Below, one piece after another: positions 26,405 to 39,060 of a DNA stretch of 64,000 bases. Numbering within the stretch: position 1 is the stretch's first letter; each line of letters begins with the position of its first letter. The notes beneath the pieces are model-generated. The model was given only the letters and a program-made list of their open reading frames with translations, was not told where the DNA came from and searched no databases. This stretch comes from Folioceros fuciformis (Eukaryota), in contig JBNGIO010005679.1 in NCBI GenBank assembly GCA_049999805.1, forward strand, positions 1 through 64,000. The letters run 5' to 3'. The position numbers were made by a program, and so were the translations under genes.

Positions 26405-27085
26405 CTAAACCCTAACACTTAAAACCTAATGACTACTAATAAAACCTAATGACTAACCCTTAAAACCTGATGACTCACCCTTGAAACCTAAGACTACTAA
26501 TAAAACCTCATGACTACTAATAAAACCTAATGACTAACCCTTAAAACCTAATGACTAACCCTTAAAACCTAATGACTACTAATAGAACCTAAAATTGACT
26601 AACTCTTAAAACGTAATGATTATTAATAGCACCTAAAATATCATAGTCCATTCTATTTCATTAGGCTAAAATATCACAGTTTAAGTGGTCCACATTATTT
26701 CTAGACTCGGACTAACCCTGAAACCTAATGTCTGCCAATAGCACCTAAAATATCATTGGTCCACAAAAAGAAAGATCTACCTACCCCTTAATTCATGGTC
26801 TTCTGGTTAACCCTTGAAACCTAATAACCAACAATACTTAATAACTATCAATAGCATCTAAAATATCATGGTCTACCTATCCCTGAAATCTAATCATTAC
26901 CAATAAACCCTAAACCCGGTCTAACTCCTGAAGCCTAATGATTATTAATAGTACTTAAAACTAATGACTACTAATAAACCTTAAACCCGGTCTAACTCCT
27001 GAAGCCTAATGATTATTACTAGCACTTAAACCTAATGACTACCAATCAACCCTAAACATAGACTAACCCCTAAAACCTAATAACT
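26405..27085. repeat. Degenerate telomere-like 20-21 bp tandem array (aaaacctaatgactactaat / aaaacctaatgactaaccctt)
   Basis: Many aaacctaa/aaccctaa cores with two alternating unit types, decaying rightwards. Confidence 0.8.
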
Positions 27086-27127
27086 ATCTCTTTTACCAAT
27101 GTTGATGCTATTTCTTCTGCCAATGTT

Positions 27128-27325
27128 GTCCTATATATGGCATTCGCTAACACTCACTATAGAGCAATGGAAACCCACTATCCTATATATGGCATTAGCT
27201 AACACTCACTATAGAGCAATGGAAACCCATTGTCCTATATACGGCATTCGCTAACACTCACTATAGAGCAATAGAAACCCATTGGCATTCGCTAACACTC
27301 ACTATAGAGCAATAGAAACCCATTG
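27128..27325. repeat. ~52-bp minisatellite, ~4 copies
   Basis: tcctatatatggcattcgctaacactcactatagagcaatggaaaccca repeated; last copy partly deleted. Confidence 0.9.
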
Positions 27326-27546
27326 TCGAATGAACATTATAACTCAGGAAAGAGGACCATTCCACATTACAATACACGAAAGAGGATGACTAAGCCCATT
27401 TTTCTTGTTACGAATCGTCTTAATGCAGGTTGCAGGTCTTCTAAAACTTGGAAAATGTCGTGCACATGTCGTCTTGGGTCTCAATGGCAAGGGGAACCCT
27501 CAATGTCCAGCCTATAGAGAAATGTACTTGTGAATATTCAATCTAA

Positions 27547-27693
27547 AATATCAAGTTGATATAAATAGAATTTTTCATTCTTTTAAGTGCATATTTCAAG
27601 TTGATACAAATAGAATTCTTATTATTATTTTAAATACATATTTCAAGTTGATACAAATAGAATTCTTATTATTATTTTAAATGCATATTTCAA
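27547..27693. repeat. ~45-bp AT-rich tandem repeat running into an N gap
   Basis: atatttcaagttgatacaaatagaattcttattattattttaaat repeated at least 3 times before the 400-N gap. Confidence 0.85.
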
Positions 27694-28093
27694 NNNNNNN
27701 NNNNNNNNNNNNNNNNNNNNNNNNNNNNNNNNNNNNNNNNNNNNNNNNNNNNNNNNNNNNNNNNNNNNNNNNNNNNNNNNNNNNNNNNNNNNNNNNNNNN
27801 NNNNNNNNNNNNNNNNNNNNNNNNNNNNNNNNNNNNNNNNNNNNNNNNNNNNNNNNNNNNNNNNNNNNNNNNNNNNNNNNNNNNNNNNNNNNNNNNNNNN
27901 NNNNNNNNNNNNNNNNNNNNNNNNNNNNNNNNNNNNNNNNNNNNNNNNNNNNNNNNNNNNNNNNNNNNNNNNNNNNNNNNNNNNNNNNNNNNNNNNNNNN
28001 NNNNNNNNNNNNNNNNNNNNNNNNNNNNNNNNNNNNNNNNNNNNNNNNNNNNNNNNNNNNNNNNNNNNNNNNNNNNNNNNNNNNNNNNNNNNN

Positions 28094-30930
28094 TTGAATG
28101 ACTTTGGCTACTTGTATGTAACTCATACTCTCAGTTTATTTATATGGTTCTAGTTCATATTCATAGTTAGTTATCTAGCTAGAATCATTATCCATTGTTC
28201 ACTACTTGGCTTGAGTTTGGTTCCATAGTTCCGCTTATAGTATACAATCCAACTATTAAAGTAAAAAGGATGCTTAGAGTTTTAGTTCTATTTATCATAT
28301 ACAATCCAATTATTAGAGTAAAAAAATGCTTATAGTTATAATTCTGCTTATTGTATACAATCTAGCTATTAAGGTAAAGAGATGCTTAGAGTTAAGGGTT
28401 TGGTTGGAAGAGTTTATGATTTGGTTCGAAGAGTTTTCTCAACTAAAAAGTATCTATGATATTTATTCATTCTTCAAGCAATCTTTCAATCGCATGGAGG
28501 AAGACCTTCAGCCCTCTCGCATTTCAAAAGATTATAGGGTGAACTTAGGAAGGCTCTCTCACATTTTTCATAGTTCTAGGGGCGAACTTGGGAGAACCCC
28601 TTGCATTTCTTATAGTTCTAGGGGTGAACTTGTAGTAAAGAGATTGCTTGCCATGGAGGAGCCTTACTAAGAGCTTAGTTAGGACTCACCAATGGGGTTT
28701 AACTGAGCGCTTAGTAGGGTAATGAAGAAGCATTATTAGACGCTTACTTGGCCCCCACCAACAAAGTTAGGGATTAGTAGGGTAAAGTTCGTTAAGCTTA
28801 TTAGCCATAATATTGCTATTCTATAGTACGAGCAATTCTAAGCTCATCTTAGTTCCCACCACTTTCAAGATTGTTCCTTTATGGGGTTATGAGTCAATAG
28901 TTTTTGCTGTGGAGGTAATTTTTGATGTCCATCCACATTGGGTTGCACTTTAAGTAGACTTGGAGAATGTGTTCAATATTATTTCATAGTTTGGCATGTT
29001 TGATAAACTCAAACACATGGGTGAGTAGTTGGTAAACCTAATTTTCCTTAATTTGCTCTTTTTATGCATTTGTCTCTAACCTCTATTACTAACATGCACT
29101 CTTGTGGAAAGGGATTTCAATGCTTGATTCAATAGGTAACATGGAAGGGGAACCCTCTAACGGGATGCTTTGTTTGTCGTGACAAATTTCAAGGCTTTAT
29201 CTTCATTTGTCTCATAGTGTGGGAATATGTGTAATCATAATATGAATATATCTACACATATTATGTGCAGAACCTACCTATCTCTTTGGGACTAGAGACA
29301 AACTTAAGCTGATATTTGATCTCTTTGCTGTAAAGCTCTCTTACCTCAATTTAAAGGTCACAATTGATAAGTGTAGCATTTGGTCCCCTTACAGTAAATT
29401 TTCTTTGCTTTGCTCTCTAGAGAGAGCTATTGCTTCTCAACATTGTCTAAGAGTTTTGGGTGTTCTAGTTAGGAGTACAACCTTTACTTAGAAATAGTGA
29501 ACAAGGCTTCGGTAGAGGATTTGGTGCACATTTGCAAGTTTTCTCTGCTCAGAGACTCGTAACTTGCATTTGATTTCTCTCCTTTGTTTTGCAAGGCAAT
29601 CTGAGTGCTTTCTTCATATGGTTGCCCTCTCATGGCCTTTTTATTGAGCTTGAGGAATTTCAACTAATAGCTTATATAGGTTTAGGGACATCATCAGCTT
29701 GGTCACTTTTGACTGCATGATTGGTGATTTGGCCATGTAATAGGCATTTCTTCTTGTTTCTTTTAGGGGCACTGGTGGATTGAGCTTAGAAATCTTTGTA
29801 TTAATGACTTTCCTACAAAGCGAAGCTCTCTCTACCCCATCTTGTCCTCACATTTCCTAATTTGGGCCTACTGTGGAGGCTTTTGTCAAGGGCATTGAGG
29901 AGGGGAATTTTCTTGCTAATCTCCTTCCCAACTTGTTAGGGCCTGCCTCTTTATTTTTTGAGAAGAGGACTACCTTACCCTCTTTTTGCTTGCATGCTAA
30001 GGCTAGGCGTTAGGGCCACAAATGTCCTTAATGGAAAACAATTACTGGCAGGTTGGGTTGGCTCTCCTCCATGCTTCTTTTATTTCTAGCCTATTGGGGC
30101 TTGATTCCACTATTGCTGTATAAAAGGGAGTTAGAGCTTGGCTTATGGGGCCTCTCTTTTATTACTTTGGGATGTACTTAGATCAATGTCCTCTGCACAT
30201 TACTATGCACAACACCATCCGGGATGTCATGCTCTACATTGCTATGGAAGGCAGTTTTTCCTAGACATGAAGAACCCTTACTCCTTGCCTAATGGGGTTT
30301 TCCTCTAACTCACCTATTTTGGACTGAGGGAGAGTTGGGTTTTTGTTGTACATGTGGTTGCTATTAATCTAACCTAGGACTACATTTGTGAACATGTTAT
30401 TCTAAACCATCCAAGATGGATGGTGGAAGGTTGTGCAATAGCCAAGACCCACAAGTACTTCCGAACATAGGACCCACATGTGCTTTTCTATGTAGGATGG
30501 CCACATGTTCATCCCCCTAGCCATCCGCACCCATGGCCCCAGACCCATGGGCAAGGATGTCACCATGTTTGTCAAAGCAAGCAGCATGGCCTATTGCCGT
30601 CCTAAGATTGAGATTAGTCTTTTCCTTTCCTGTATAGTTGCTAGCTTTAGACAAAGGATATCCATGACTGTATAGTTGTTTTCTTCATGCAAAGAATATC
30701 CCTCATTCTAGAGAAGGCATTGGCTACTATTACACAAAGAACATTAGTGAGGGCATGAAGCATATTCTTGAGATCCCATAGTGGGTAGCTTCTTTTAGGT
30801 ACACCCCTAACCACAAAATTTTGGTATGGCTAGTCCTCCTGGTGTAAGTGCCCTTCACCTTTCTCTGAAATTTTCACCTAGAGCTTCACAATGAAGGCTT
30901 CATATTTCTTTATGATAAATTAATATATAT
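28094..30930. mobile_element. Heavily decayed TE-derived block, family unassigned
   Basis: CpG-poor, TAG/CTA-rich, short internal duplications (e.g. atagttctaggggcgaactt / atagttctaggggtgaactt), no intact ORF. Confidence 0.45.
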
Positions 30931-32911
30931 AAGTGTGGGGGCTGGCCTTAGGGGATCCGGATCTTGAAATAACCTGGTCTGGCCTGGACGTGAGGAGAGC
31001 GGGTGAGTGCAATTGGACGTGACTAGTTTACGGAAAAGGGTAACTTGACCGTTTGAAATATGTGCGTATTGTGTTGGACGGCTAAAATAAGGTTGGTGAG
31101 TGCGTGTAACGTGTTTGGGTTTCGGTGACGCCGCGCAAGCAAGAAGTCGACGAGAGAGCGCTTCTGGAAGGTGCGTGCCGTCACAAAAGGGAACGTGGGA
31201 GAGTGACCGCGGCCAGGAGATAGACTTACGACGGATTACGGCGACTACATGAGCAGTGTGTGAGGGATCATGCAACAGCGAGTGGGATAGATGCTGGTTC
31301 CCCTGGCCTCGTCACTTGTTTGTTCGCCTCTCGGCAGATGCGCCGGCATATAACCTTCCGAGAGTCGGAGATGCATACAACTGTAACAAGCTAGTCTAAG
31401 ATGGCCCGTAATCCTCCGAGAGTCCAAGAATTCGAGACAGGTGCCAATCTGCAACACCAACGAAGAACAAAACCCTAAGCAAGCAAGCAAGCAAGCAAGC
31501 AAACAAACAAACAGGCAAGCGGCCAGCCAGACCTTGGCCCACGCCCGAGACCAGATTCGGATAATCTTCGCTCTCCTCTCCTCTCCTCCTCTCAGCCAAC
31601 ACGGAGGCAGAGATTGAGACGGAGCTTCTAATCGAAGGCAAGACGCGGAGGCGGCTGCAGCCGCGGCCTCGGCTGCGTGGCAAACCCTAGAATTGCACAG
31701 CAACAAGTTGCTTTGTCCGGCCACGACAATCAGGAAGGACAAAGGACAGCCGACGCCCCTAAACAGCCCCCATTTATGCTCGCTAAGCGAATCACGGCCT
31801 AAAGTCCGGGAATCATGAATATATGTGTATCAGCGCGCGCATATTCTTCCATCAGGAGCTGGAAAGGCTGTGCGCAGTACAGTAGAGTGAAAAGGCAAAG
31901 ACGGGGTCGGGGCCCGGTCCTGGCATTATCTATCATAATACCCGTCCTCGACTTGTTTTACCTTTCTCTATACACTAACTAGAGTATGGTACACGCATTT
32001 ATTAGGGAATGCGGCCGTGGGTAGAAAGAGAAGAGGGGTGTGGGGCAGAGTGTGGAGAGAGACAGAGGGAGGGAAGGGTCCGATGGCGAGGTCGAGGTCG
32101 AGACCGAGGCCGGAGGCGGACTGGGTAGGCGGGCGTGCAGCGGCGCGTGACAGATTCTCTGGACGTTGTGCTGGACTGGTGACTCCACTCCGGGACTGCG
32201 CTGTTGGCTCTTGCCTGTTGGCTGCTGCCGTGGTGGAAGGAATGCCTTCGATGCCAGCTATTTCCAGGCGCCCTTGGAAGGTGGCGGTGTGAAGGGGGCT
32301 TTTGGCCGCAAGGCAAGTGCGTCGTCCACTGTCGTCGTCAGAGCGAGGAGGCTGGAGGCGTGAGTGCTGCTGCTGCTGCTCCTGCTGCTGCGGGTTGCTG
32401 CTGCTGCTGCTGCCCACCACCCTGTCGCTGTTGCAGCCTGGCGATGGCCCGAGTCCTGAACATCTTCCTTGCTGGAGCACGCGAATGAGGCGACTCTGCT
32501 CTGCACCGCCTCTGCTTGCTCCGCTGCGCTTTGCTGCGCTGCATCGCGCTTTTCGCCGCCGCTTCTGCCCTAAGCTCTTGTTCCTGTTCCTGCTGCTGCT
32601 GCCGCCGAGGCCGGCGTTTCGCCTCGCCCGCCGCCCCTCTCTGCTGTTTGTTGCTCTTGCCGCAGCTCCGTCCTTGCTCGGCTCGCAGCTGCCTGCTCTG
32701 CCGCTCCCTTTTCTGCTGCTCGCCTTTCGCCTTTCCGGCGACGTGAGGTGAGCTGAGGCGGTGAGATATGGGCGGCGCTGGACCCTAGCAGAGAAGGCGG
32801 GAGTCAGGGAGNNNNNNNNNNNNNNNNNNNNNNNNNNNNNNNNNNNNNNNNNNNNNNNNNNNNNNNNNNNNNNNNNNNNNNNNNNNNNNNNNNNNNNNNN
32901 NNNNNNNNNNN

Positions 32912-35900
32912 CACTCTTAGGGCTGGGGGCGGAGGGGGCCACGCTCACAATTCTCCGCCCACGCGGGATGGGGTGGCGCAAGAATTGGGACTGCTGCTGC
33001 GTAGTCGCGGGAGGTACGATAATCTCATGATGGGCAGGGACGTGCCGCAGCGTAGCGGTAGTGCGCCGCCCAGCGTCGAGGGGTCTCTGGCGGCCATGGG
33101 AGGCTTGTTGTCGCATCAACCGTCTTCGGCAGTGCGTTTGCCCAAGCACGGGGGTATCGACGGCCTTGATCTCTTGGACAGCGAACAAGAACTGCGCTCG
33201 GACCCTGGCTACCTGGCCTACTACTACACCCACATCAATCTCAATCCAAGACTGCCGCCGCCTATCACGTCGTGGGACAATCCGCGGCTCGCCCAGCGCT
33301 TGTCGTCAGCGGCTGGGGCTCTTGGGGGTATCGGGGATAAGAGGAAGGGCAGGTCTCTGGATGATGCCGCCAGCAAGTCGCTTTTCTCGACCCAGCCCTT
33401 GTCCACGCACCGGGAGGAGCCCGAGCATTTGGAGGATGAGAATTCCCCCATAGGAAATCTCGTGAGGCAGAGCTCTGCGGATTGGGCTGAAAGAAGGGGG
33501 GACGGCCATGTCGCTCTGTCTAGCATGGGTCTGGCCGTTCGACCCAAAAGTTTAGTGGATCTGATCCAGGTGTGTCATTCTTTTCCTTCCTGCAGCGGGC
33601 CTTCCATGTTCTCCCCCTTCCTCACCTCCCACTCTTGTCAAACGACGGAGTTGTGTGAGTCTTATTTGCTGGCCTGGGGGCAGCCGGCTGGAGAGTGAAA
33701 GGCTTCCCACCTTGATGATGATGACTTGTGCTCGTGTTGTTGCTCTGGTGTGAGTGGGGTGAGGTGAGGTGATGTGAGATGGGACAAAAACATGGTTGTG
33801 GTGAGGTGGTGACGGCATGAGGCGTGAGGCTTCTTTTGTCTTTGGATTGGGAGCTTTAAACATCCTTATTTTGTTGTGGAAGAGGAGCTTTTGATGCGCT
33901 ACTTGTTCGTCTTCTGGATCTCGTCTTAAAATCGCTCTTTGCAGGAAGATTTCCCTCGAACACCGTCACCTGTGTATAATCATTCCCGATCTTCCAGCAG
34001 AGCTGCCAATGAAGATGGGGTGGATGAATTGCAGCTCGCACACTTGCGAGATGCGGCTATTATGGGCCCCGTACCTGTTGCAGATCTGAGTGCAGTGGTA
34101 GCGAGTTTGTCTCGCTCGTCAACTCCCAACCCTGGCGGAGTGCAACTGCATGCAGGCCCAACCGCAGGTGTCACGTCTACAATGCCGTCTGCACCTATTC
34201 CAAGGTTAGCCTCTTCAGATGATACGAATGTATCCGTAAGGTCTGCGAGCCCTGGCAGTGCTATGATGGCTGCAGTCGGGCTCACTTCAGGTTTGAGCAT
34301 GTCTGGCTCTGAGTTGCGAAGTGTCTCTCTTGGCACAGCAGCTAGCGCTGGTGCGGCTGAGCTGGCTGCTGCGCTCCAAGGCTTCAACCTGTCAGATGGG
34401 CGTGCAGCTGCAGCTGATGAGCATGAGAATCTGCACCAGCACCAACAACAAGAGTTGCAGCAGGAGCAGGGAGATCATCAGCAAGTGCGCTCTCAGCAGC
34501 AGCAACAACAGCATCAACAGCATCAGCAGAGGCAGCAAAGGCTGCAGATTGCCCAGGCCCAGGCCCAGGCCCATGCTCAGGCCCAAGCCCAGGCCCAGGC
34601 CCAGGCCCAAGTTCATTCTCATGCGATGGCTTACTCCCAGGCTTTCCAGCAACAGCAGCAACAGGCTTATGCAGGTGTGGACCAGGGCTACAGGAGCCAA
34701 ATGAAATTTGGCATTCCGAGCATGACTCCCCAAGCACAAGCTGCTGGGATTCAGCAATCTGGAATGACCGCTCCAGACATGTATGCTGCAGCGATGTCGT
34801 ACATGAGTCCATTCTATCAAAACCTGCACTCAGCGGCTGTTTATGCCCCACAGTATGGACTTGGTGGATACCCCTTGAATCCAAACATGATTGCTCCAAT
34901 GTTTGCTGGCTATCCCGCACCAGGGCCACTAGGATTTGAAGCAGCCGCCGCAGCAGCTGCTGTGGCTGCCAGCATGGGGGTGCGGACGGGAGTTCCTGGT
35001 TCGCCAGGTGCTACAGCTGGAGTAGATTTGCACCATATGTACAAGTACTCACCCCAGCAAGGTCTTTCGGGAGCTGTGCAGGATCCGTACTTCCAGTACG
35101 TCAGGGTTGCTGATGAGAATGTTCGAGCTGCAGCTCTGAAGGATCCCTCAGTCATTAGAGGTTACATGGGCGGAAATCATGACATAATGGAGCTCCAGAA
35201 GAATCAACTTGGTCCGATGCTTGGCTATTCTCCTGATCAGAAGGGCCAATATCAAAGAAGCGGGGCAATCGGTGTCCCTATTGCTAGCAAAAGTGGTTCA
35301 GTGAGTCCAGCGTATTATGGTAGTCCCCCAGGGGTTGGGCTCGTCATGCCGTACCCAAATTCGCCTTTGGCAAGTCCAGTACTGCCGGGCTCACCTGTTG
35401 CAGCAGGTCCCGTTCGACGGGATGACAGGGCCATGCGCCTTGCGGGTGGTACGAGCAGGAATGCGTCTGCTGTATCTACATTTTCAGGCTGGCAACCTCC
35501 GAGAGGCACTGATACGGGAGATGAGATCCGAGGATCCTCTTTGCTGGAAGAGTTCAAGAACAGCAAAACTCGTCGATTTGAGCTCTCTGACATTGCAGGA
35601 CATGTCAGTGAGTTCAGGTATTACGGACTCTCCTTTTCGTTCGCGGGGGTGTCGTCTCTTTGAACAGCTTTGCAATCAGACACATTGATCGTTGTTTGGT
35701 TGTGTTTGCAGCGCTGACCAGCATGGGAGCAGGTTTATTCAACAAAAGTTGGAAACTGCAAGTCCTGAGGAAAAGGCTATGGTATTCCAGGAAGTTTTAC
35801 CAAGGGCTGTGCCTCTGATGACTGATGTCTTTGGAAACTATGTGATTCAAAAGGTATGTCATCAATTGTATTGTGGGTTACGTATTTTTCCTTTTCAAGT

Positions 35901-37302
35901 CGCGTTTTTTTTTTTTGCTGTATTTGCTCCATATGCTTTAAGCGGAAGTTGTTTGGCCCAGTTTTTCGAGCATGGAACTCAGCAGCAGAGGCGAGAGTTA
36001 GGAAACAAGCTCGTTGGCAATGTGTTGTCCCTGAGCCTTCAGATGTATGGATGCCGTGTAATCCAAAAGGTACTAAGAAGTCAATGCTTACATTTGTAGT
36101 CGACAGTTATCGTTATGGTCTTGGAGTACTTGACCTGGGTGAATTTTTCAGGCCTTGGAGGTGGTGGACGTTGATCAGCAAACCCAACTAGTTTCTGAAC
36201 TTGATGTGCACGTCATGCGATGTGTCCGTGATCAAAATGGCAATCATGTTATACAGAAATGTATAGAGTGTGTTCCTCCAGACAGGATCCACTTTATTAT
36301 ATCGGCTTTCTACAATCAAGTGGTCAACCTTTCCACTCATCCATATGGTTGTCGAGTAATTCAGGTAAATGCCTGTACAGGCAGTCTCTCCTGTTGATCT
36401 AGTGCAGATGTTTGTAAATGGAGGTTTGCTATTGCGTGCCCCTTCTGGACTTGACTCCGCATTTCTCTGCTGCAGAGAGTACTGGAGCATTGCACGGATG
36501 AGCAAAAGCAACGTGGTATTATGGAAGAGATTCTTCGAGCCACTTGCACCCTTGCTATGGATCAGTATGGCAACTATGTGGTGCAGGTTTGTAACGTCTG
36601 GATGTTGATGATAAGGAAGTGTTTTGTTGGTGTATTTATCAATCTTTTTCCGTGTGCAGCATGTGCTCGAACATGGTCGTGGGCATGAGCGCTCCGAGAT
36701 CATAACGAAACTGGCTGGTCAAATTGTTCAAATGAGTCAACATAAGTTTGCATCAAATGTGATTGAGAAGTGCTTAGAGTTTGGGGGCCCTGCAGAGCGC
36801 CAGATCTTGATCAATGAGATGCTGGGTCACACGGATGAAAATGAGCCTCTGCAGGTACTGACACATTATGAAAGACGTGCATAATTGTTTCTTCAGTTTT
36901 TAAGAGAAGATGACTCGCATGGTGGCTTTGGTTTTTGTCTTATTCTTTTCATTACGTCTGTTGATGCAGGCAATGATGAAGGACCAGTTCGCAAACTATG
37001 TGGTTCAAAAAGTTTTGGAGACTTGTGATGACCAACAGAGAGAAATGCTCCTCGCACGCATTAGAGTGCATCTACATGCGCTGAAGAAGTACACGTATGG
37101 AAAGCACATTGTAGTCCGGGTCGAGAAGCTTGTGACAGCAGGAGGTTCGCAACTGTCCCATACCTGAATTCCTTGACTTATGTCCCTTTTGCTTCGGTTT
37201 TCCGTTGGCTGTAGGTGGATCAGACGGCGTCAGTGCTGTGGTACTGGTTCTGTTGCAGAGAGAAGAAGTGCTACGTACATGGCACACCTGCCAGCCCAGT
37301 GA
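32912..37302 (+). CDS. Pumilio/PUF RNA-binding protein (APUM1-6 class) with NABP region and 8 PUF repeats; start codon probably lies in N gap 32812-32911
   Basis: [85 protein letters not shown] repeats [51 protein letters not shown]; last exon 37259-37302 gives [14 protein letters not shown]. Confidence 0.95.
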
Positions 37303-39035
37303 AGGCTTTGCCAGTTGCCCTGAGAGCACGGGGTGATCATCTGAGGTTTGGCAAGGGATGCCCACTTGGATCATGCCCGTGTTTGCGAGGTGAGACCTTT
37401 TAAGGAGATGGAGGCTTCAAGGCAAATCTTTGGCTGCTGGGGATTCTCCTGTGTAAGTAATGGTGATGGCTTGTTGCCTTTCTAGCAGTATATATAGTGT
37501 TTGTGTCATATTCTACCCATTTGCATGCTGTGACGGCGCGGATTTGTATCCAAACGGCTGGAGGAGAGAAAAAATGCAGCTTGTACCGGGATGTATCTTT
37601 TGTAGCCCGTCCTTGGTTTGTGTATTTAGAGGCTCTTCTGAGACAGCCTGTACTAGACGATTTATTGGTTTCCAGTCAAGGTGACCCATCGATTGCCTGG
37701 AGGGTCCATCTACTAGAGAGCAGCTGGTGGCGGAGTATCTCATCTTCAAATTGCTGGAATCAGGTTTAGGGCCTGGGCAGTGTAAAAAGTGAGGGTCTTT
37801 AGTGTCCAACTGTACAGACTCACTCATGTAGGTCGAATTTCAACATCTTGGAATGGTGGCTATACTAGATTGCTACTCCGAGGGGAGACGACTTCAGGCT
37901 CAGCGGGTCAATTGTGTCATGGGCCTTAGTGCTGTACATATGGTCCATCTCTGAGTGTTGGCTGATGGGCTGTGTATACTTTGCCCATCGTGATGTGGTC
38001 TACTTAGGCAGCCACAAATTTTGTTTGTTGCTTTTTTTTCTATCTTTTCTGTTCAGTTGTTGGCCTATTCAGAGTAAAGTTATGTTTGAAGTCCTCTAGT
38101 AGTGAGATTATGGAGCCTAGGTTTGTAAATCAGTGTTGTTGATATGTGTGGATTATTGACTTGAAATCGGTGATCCGAGACTTTCGGAGGACTCCTTAGC
38201 GAAGGATTGTTGAACCTAGAGATTAGTCATTTGTGCTGGCCGATTGCCTGTCTAACCGTGATAGCATTATTTTCTCACGGCTTTGTTCCTAGTTGAATTA
38301 TTCTCACTTTTGGGGGTTTAACCCCAGAGCGGTGAGGCGACAAGTCGTTCCGTTTGAGTCTATCGACTTTGTTCGACAGCGTTTCAGATCCTACCTTGAT
38401 CTCCTAATTCATATGCGTGAATTTTACTCCTAGAGTAAAATTTTACGGTTAAAGTGACACCCAATCACAGATGGCCATGTACCAGATATTGTATGCCATT
38501 CGTGAAGGTGGCCCCGTAAACACGAAAGGCCTTAAACTACGCTAATCTAAAAATAAAAATAAACCCGATTTAACCCACTGAAAATGAACCCGGTTGTTTG
38601 CCAGGTTTGCGGAACAAAAAATTAACCCGATTATTTGCAGGGTTTGCCATATTCGGACCAGCCCGGGCTCGGGTTCACGTAAATTCGCCCTTACTCTTCG
38701 GCCGGTCACAAGGTTCGTGTAAAATCCCTTACTCTTGAAGTAAGGCTTAGTTGTCTCTTGACCGCACGTACAGCACTCCGAAAGGCTTCCTCAAGAGGTA
38801 CTACCTACACATGCTCTCCAGGCTCTGCGGTGTGCCCTGCGCATAGGGGAGGGGCCTGCACTGGTCTTCGGGTTAGGCTTCGTGCGAGAACGCTCACCTC
38901 ATGACTCATTACTCTGCGCTAGACGAGAGGAAGCGCTGCTAGTTCTGTCGCGCCATGTACATGTACGCGCTAGTGCCTGGACTGGAGGCGTGCTTTCTTT
39001 TGCATCAATTCAAGCTGTGTGCCGGAAGCAACGAG

Positions 39036-39060
39036 AACCCTAAACCCCTAAACCCTAAAC
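39036..39060 (+). promoter_or_regulatory. Telo-box cluster near the probable start of the CPL4 transcription unit
   Basis: aaccctaaacccctaaaccctaaac. Confidence 0.5.

Noticed and set aside
27149-27308. actcactatag in each unit resembles the T7 promoter core
   Set aside because: Only 11 nt match, upstream TAATACG is missing, and it sits inside a diverged natural minisatellite; not vector contamination
31968-33233. 421-aa minus-strand ORF and 149-aa Leu-rich plus ORF
   Set aside because: Products of the CTG-rich Pumilio leader, the antisense of exon 1 and read-through across Ns
39036-39060. Possible telomerase RNA template
   Set aside because: No USE/TATA Pol III promoter seen; telo-boxes in a Pol II leader explain it
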